DNA of 20,000 bases from Nitrospirae bacterium MYbin3 (GTDB lineage: Bacteria; Nitrospirota; Thermodesulfovibrionia; Thermodesulfovibrionales; Dissulfurispiraceae), in the NCBI GenBank assembly GCA_002753335.1, contig PEAD01000014.1, positions 56,550-76,549 on the forward strand, written 5' to 3'. A program made the translations under genes and the position numbers. Below are positions 17,186-20,000 of the stretch, in pieces; position 1 is the first letter of the stretch; every line of letters begins with the position of its first letter. Under the pieces are notes generated by a model. That model ran no database searches, was not told where the DNA came from, and was given only the letters and a program-made list of their open reading frames with translations.

Positions 17186-17788
17186 ATGGCAACAGATATA
17201 TTGAAGTTTACGCAGGAACAGACGGCCACCTTTTTAAAGGAGGTGTCCGAAAGGTCCGGACAGAACCTGCAGGCTTGCTACCAATGCAGAAGGTGTGCGG
17301 CAGGCTGTCCTGTAGCTGACGATACCGGTGTTACGCCTGACCGGCTCATAAGAATGATAGTAATGGGTGACAGGGATCAGGCATCCAATAACCTTCTTGT
17401 ATGGAAGTGTGTTTCCTGCTATACCTGCGGAACCCGCTGTCCAAATAATATCCATACCGCACGAATAAACGAAACCCTTAAGCAGATGGCCAAGGAAAAA
17501 AGCCTGCAGCCCCTTGATGTCAAAATAGCCGCTTTCCACGGCGCTTTCATGAAATCAGCGTCCCATTTTGGCCGCATAAATGAGATGGAGTTTATGGGGT
17601 TGTACGAGATTAAGGCCTCTGGTGAAGAGATGAAACGTGGCGGACTGAGTGCTGTTATCGCCGAAATGATGGCGCAGGCAAAGCTTGGCATCGAGATGAT
17701 GAAAAGAAAGCGCATGCATTTTGGCTTCTCACGGATCAAAGGAATGGATGAGATAAAAAGGCTTTTTAACAGGGCCGGCAAGAAGTAA
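17186..17788 (+). CDS. hdrC: Heterodisulfide reductase subunit C-like 2x[4Fe-4S] protein
   Basis: CYQCRRCAAGCP and CVSCYTCGTRCP motifs, GRINE, immediately upstream of hdrB. Confidence 0.92.
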   Translation: MATDILKFTQEQTATFLKEVSERSGQNLQACYQCRRCAAGCPVADDTGVTPDRLIRMIVMGDRDQASNNLLVWKCVSCYTCGTRCPNNIHTARINETLKQMAKEKSLQPLDVKIAAFHGAFMKSASHFGRINEMEFMGLYEIKASGEEMKRGGLSAVIAEMMAQAKLGIEMMKRKRMHFGFSRIKGMDEIKRLFNRAGKK

Positions 17789-17805
17789 AAGAAAAAGGAA
17801 ACTTT

Positions 17806-18681
17806 ATGGAAATCATTTATTATCCCGGATGTACTTTGGACGCCTCTTCAAAATTATACGATGTCCAGACCAGAATCGTTATGGAGAAGATGGGCTTTTC
17901 TTTGAGGGAGCTGGAAGACTGGAGCTGCTGCGGCGCAACCTCGGCCAGTAAGACCGACGAGTTTCTTGCGGTTGCCCTTCCTGCTCGGAATTTGGGAATA
18001 GCTGATGCTACGGGGCTTGGTGAAATAGTAATCCCCTGCTCTTCCTGCTACAGCCGCATGCTTGTATCTCAAAAAATATTGGCAAAAAACGCCGCACTTA
18101 AAGACAGGATAAATTCTGAACTGACCAAGAAGGTTCAGGGTAGTATTAAAATTCTGAATATTCTTGAACTGCTGGCGACTAAATCACGCGAAGGATTTTT
18201 TGCTGAAAAATTATCCAAGAAACTTGAAGGTCTAAAGCCTGCATGTTATTACGGATGCCTTCAGACCCGCTTTCCTATTGATATGGAAGTTCCGTACGAT
18301 GTTGAGAACCCTCAGGGCATGGAGGATGTTTGTGTTGCTCTCGGCGCCGCCCCTGTTGACTGGAGCTATAAAACAGACTGCTGCGGAGCCTCTGCATCCG
18401 TAAACGATTCGGAGCTTTCGTTCCGTCTTATGTCCAAAATAATTCAGGATGCTGCTGCAAGAGGCGCAAACTGTTTTGTTACAACCTGTCCTATGTGCCA
18501 GCTGAATCTTGACGCTTATCAGAATCAGATTATTCAGAAATACGGCCTGCCGGGCCCGCTTCCGGTTTATTTTCTCACCGAGTTTATAGGAATCGCAATG
18601 GGTGTTAGCCCTTATGACCTGCAGATAGACAGGCACTTTGTAGAATCGATAAGTCTTCTTAAGGAACTTAACCTGATATGA
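17806..18681 (+). CDS. hdrB: Heterodisulfide reductase subunit B-like protein (two CCG domains)
   Basis: YYPGC...WSCCG...PCSSC and YYGC...DCCG...TCPMC: both CCG domains have their Cys sets. Confidence 0.94.
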   Translation: MEIIYYPGCTLDASSKLYDVQTRIVMEKMGFSLRELEDWSCCGATSASKTDEFLAVALPARNLGIADATGLGEIVIPCSSCYSRMLVSQKILAKNAALKDRINSELTKKVQGSIKILNILELLATKSREGFFAEKLSKKLEGLKPACYYGCLQTRFPIDMEVPYDVENPQGMEDVCVALGAAPVDWSYKTDCCGASASVNDSELSFRLMSKIIQDAAARGANCFVTTCPMCQLNLDAYQNQIIQKYGLPGPLPVYFLTEFIGIAMGVSPYDLQIDRHFVESISLLKELNLI

Positions 18682-20000
18682 GCGCAAAAGACGGCAGCAC
18701 TAAAAAAGGTTCTGTACTTATAGCAGGTGGCGGAATCGGAGGCATGCAGGCGGCTCTGGATCTTGCGGACAGCGGTTTTAAGGTCCACATGGTTCAGCGC
18801 GACCCGTCTGTTGGCGGCACGATGGTTATGCTCGACAAGACTTTTCCTACCGGCGACTGCTCGATGTGCATGATATCTCCAAAGATGGTTGAGGTTGGAA
18901 GGCACCTTAATGTCGATATTCACACTCTTGCCGAGGTTGTTTCTGTTCAGGGACAGCCGGGAGACTTTAAAGTTAAAGTCAAACTTGCTCCCCGTTATGT
19001 CGATCCTGCCAAATGCACAGGCTGCGGGGTTTGCGAGGAGAAATGTCCCACAAAGGTTACGAGCGAATTTGAGCAGGGATTAACTAACCGCAAAGCTATT
19101 TTTTCACTTTTCCCTCAGGCGGTGCCTAATACAAGGGCGATTGATGCCTCAAAATGCAAATACCTCTTAAGCGGCAAATGCAGGGTTTGTGAAAAGGTCT
19201 GTAAAGCCGGTGCAATCAATTATGAAGACAAACCGAAAGAGATAGAGCTCAATGTTGGCGCGATAATATTAAGCCCCGGACTCGACAGGTATGATGCCAA
19301 AGTTAGAGGCGAATTCGGGCTCGGCCGCTGGAAGAATGTGGTTTCGGCAATTCAGTTCGAGAGGATACTCTCTGCCTCGGGGCCATACAAAGGCGAAGTA
19401 AAAAGGGCTTCTGACGGCCATCACCCAAAGAAGGTGGCATGGATTCAGTGCGTTGGTTCGAGGGATTCCCACAACGCAAACCCTTGGTGTTCCTCGGTTT
19501 GCTGCATGTATGCCACGAAGCAGGCGATAATTGCGAAAGAGCATGACAACAATATTGAGCCCACAATTTTCTATATGGAAATGAGAGCCTTCGGCAAGGA
19601 TTTTGACAAATATGTCGAAAGGGCAAAAAAAGAATACAATGTGCGCTACCAGCGGGCGATGATTTCGGCTGTGCGTGAAGATGCGGCCACAGGCAACCTG
19701 CAGATGAGGTATGCTGATGAAGAAGGAAAGCTCATTGATGAGACTTTCGATATGGTCGTGCTGTCTGTAGGTCTTGAGCCGCATAGGGATGCGAAGGAAT
19801 TTGCGGCTATCTTCGGCATAGAGCCAAATGATTACTTGTTTGCAAAAACCTCGCCGCTGAAGCCTGTGCAGACGAGCCGAGAAGGCGTATTCGTCACCGG
19901 CACATATCAGGGGCCCAAGGATATTCCTGATACTGTTATGCAAGGCAGCGCCGTAGCCGGTGAGGCGATGGCATTGCTGGGAGAGGCGAGGGGGACAGAG
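18678..20000 (+). CDS. hdrA: Heterodisulfide reductase subunit A-like flavoprotein (3'-truncated by the window edge; absent from the ORF track)
   Basis: Manual translation from ATG 18678 (ATGA overlap with hdrB) is open for 441 codons to the window end: GGGIGG FAD motif, LDKTFPTGDCSMC, CTGCGVCEEKCP, QFERIL, IQCVGSRD...CSSVCCMYATK, MRAFGK, VVLSVG and GPKDIP. Confidence 0.96.
   Translation, partial: MSAKDGSTKKGSVLIAGGGIGGMQAALDLADSGFKVHMVQRDPSVGGTMVMLDKTFPTGDCSMCMISPKMVEVGRHLNVDIHTLAEVVSVQGQPGDFKVKVKLAPRYVDPAKCTGCGVCEEKCPTKVTSEFEQGLTNRKAIFSLFPQAVPNTRAIDASKCKYLLSGKCRVCEKVCKAGAINYEDKPKEIELNVGAIILSPGLDRYDAKVRGEFGLGRWKNVVSAIQFERILSASGPYKGEVKRASDGHHPKKVAWIQCVGSRDSHNANPWCSSVCCMYATKQAIIAKEHDNNIEPTIFYMEMRAFGKDFDKYVERAKKEYNVRYQRAMISAVREDAATGNLQMRYADEEGKLIDETFDMVVLSVGLEPHRDAKEFAAIFGIEPNDYLFAKTSPLKPVQTSREGVFVTGTYQGPKDIPDTVMQGSAVAGEAMALLGEARGTE

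Noticed and set aside
19269..19943. 224-aa minus-strand ORF, plus the other short antisense or nested ORFs in the track
   Set aside because: They are shadows of well-supported genes on the opposite strand or in another frame (here hdrA) and have no recognisable motifs.
1..20000. Mobile elements, CRISPR arrays, tRNA/rRNA genes, defence systems
   Set aside because: No transposase or integrase ORFs, regularly spaced repeats or unexplained non-coding stretch large enough were seen.

Overview
This is a densely coding bacterial chromosomal window with no recognisable mobile element, CRISPR array or RNA gene. The gene repertoire suggests an anaerobe of the Nitrospirota (Thermodesulfovibrionia) or Desulfobacterota type (inference only). 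From left to right: (1) the 3' end of infB, rbfA and a DHH/DHHA1 phosphoesterase; (2) a convergent, stand-alone 2-oxoacid:ferredoxin oxidoreductase alpha subunit (VorB-like); (3) a three-gene HDOD / MBL-fold hydrolase / GAF-HD-GYP signalling operon; (4) a minus-strand run of an exported CX12C protein, a coiled-coil hypothetical, pilD, a ROK kinase, lepA, lepB, riboflavin synthase and a Cache-HAMP-PAS hybrid histidine kinase; (5) a plus-strand C1/folate cluster of cooC, 5-formyl-THF cyclo-ligase, folE, folD, hdrC, hdrB and hdrA. hdrA runs off the right edge and is missing from the ORF track. This cluster looks like the start of a Wood-Ljungdahl locus with an Hdr-coupled methylene-THF reductase. 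The most unusual details are a FolE with a charge reversal in its triphosphate-binding motif (GLSDIPK instead of GLSKxxR), the operon of three putative metal-dependent hydrolase folds, and a tandemly repeated -10 element in front of an apparently leaderless cooC.
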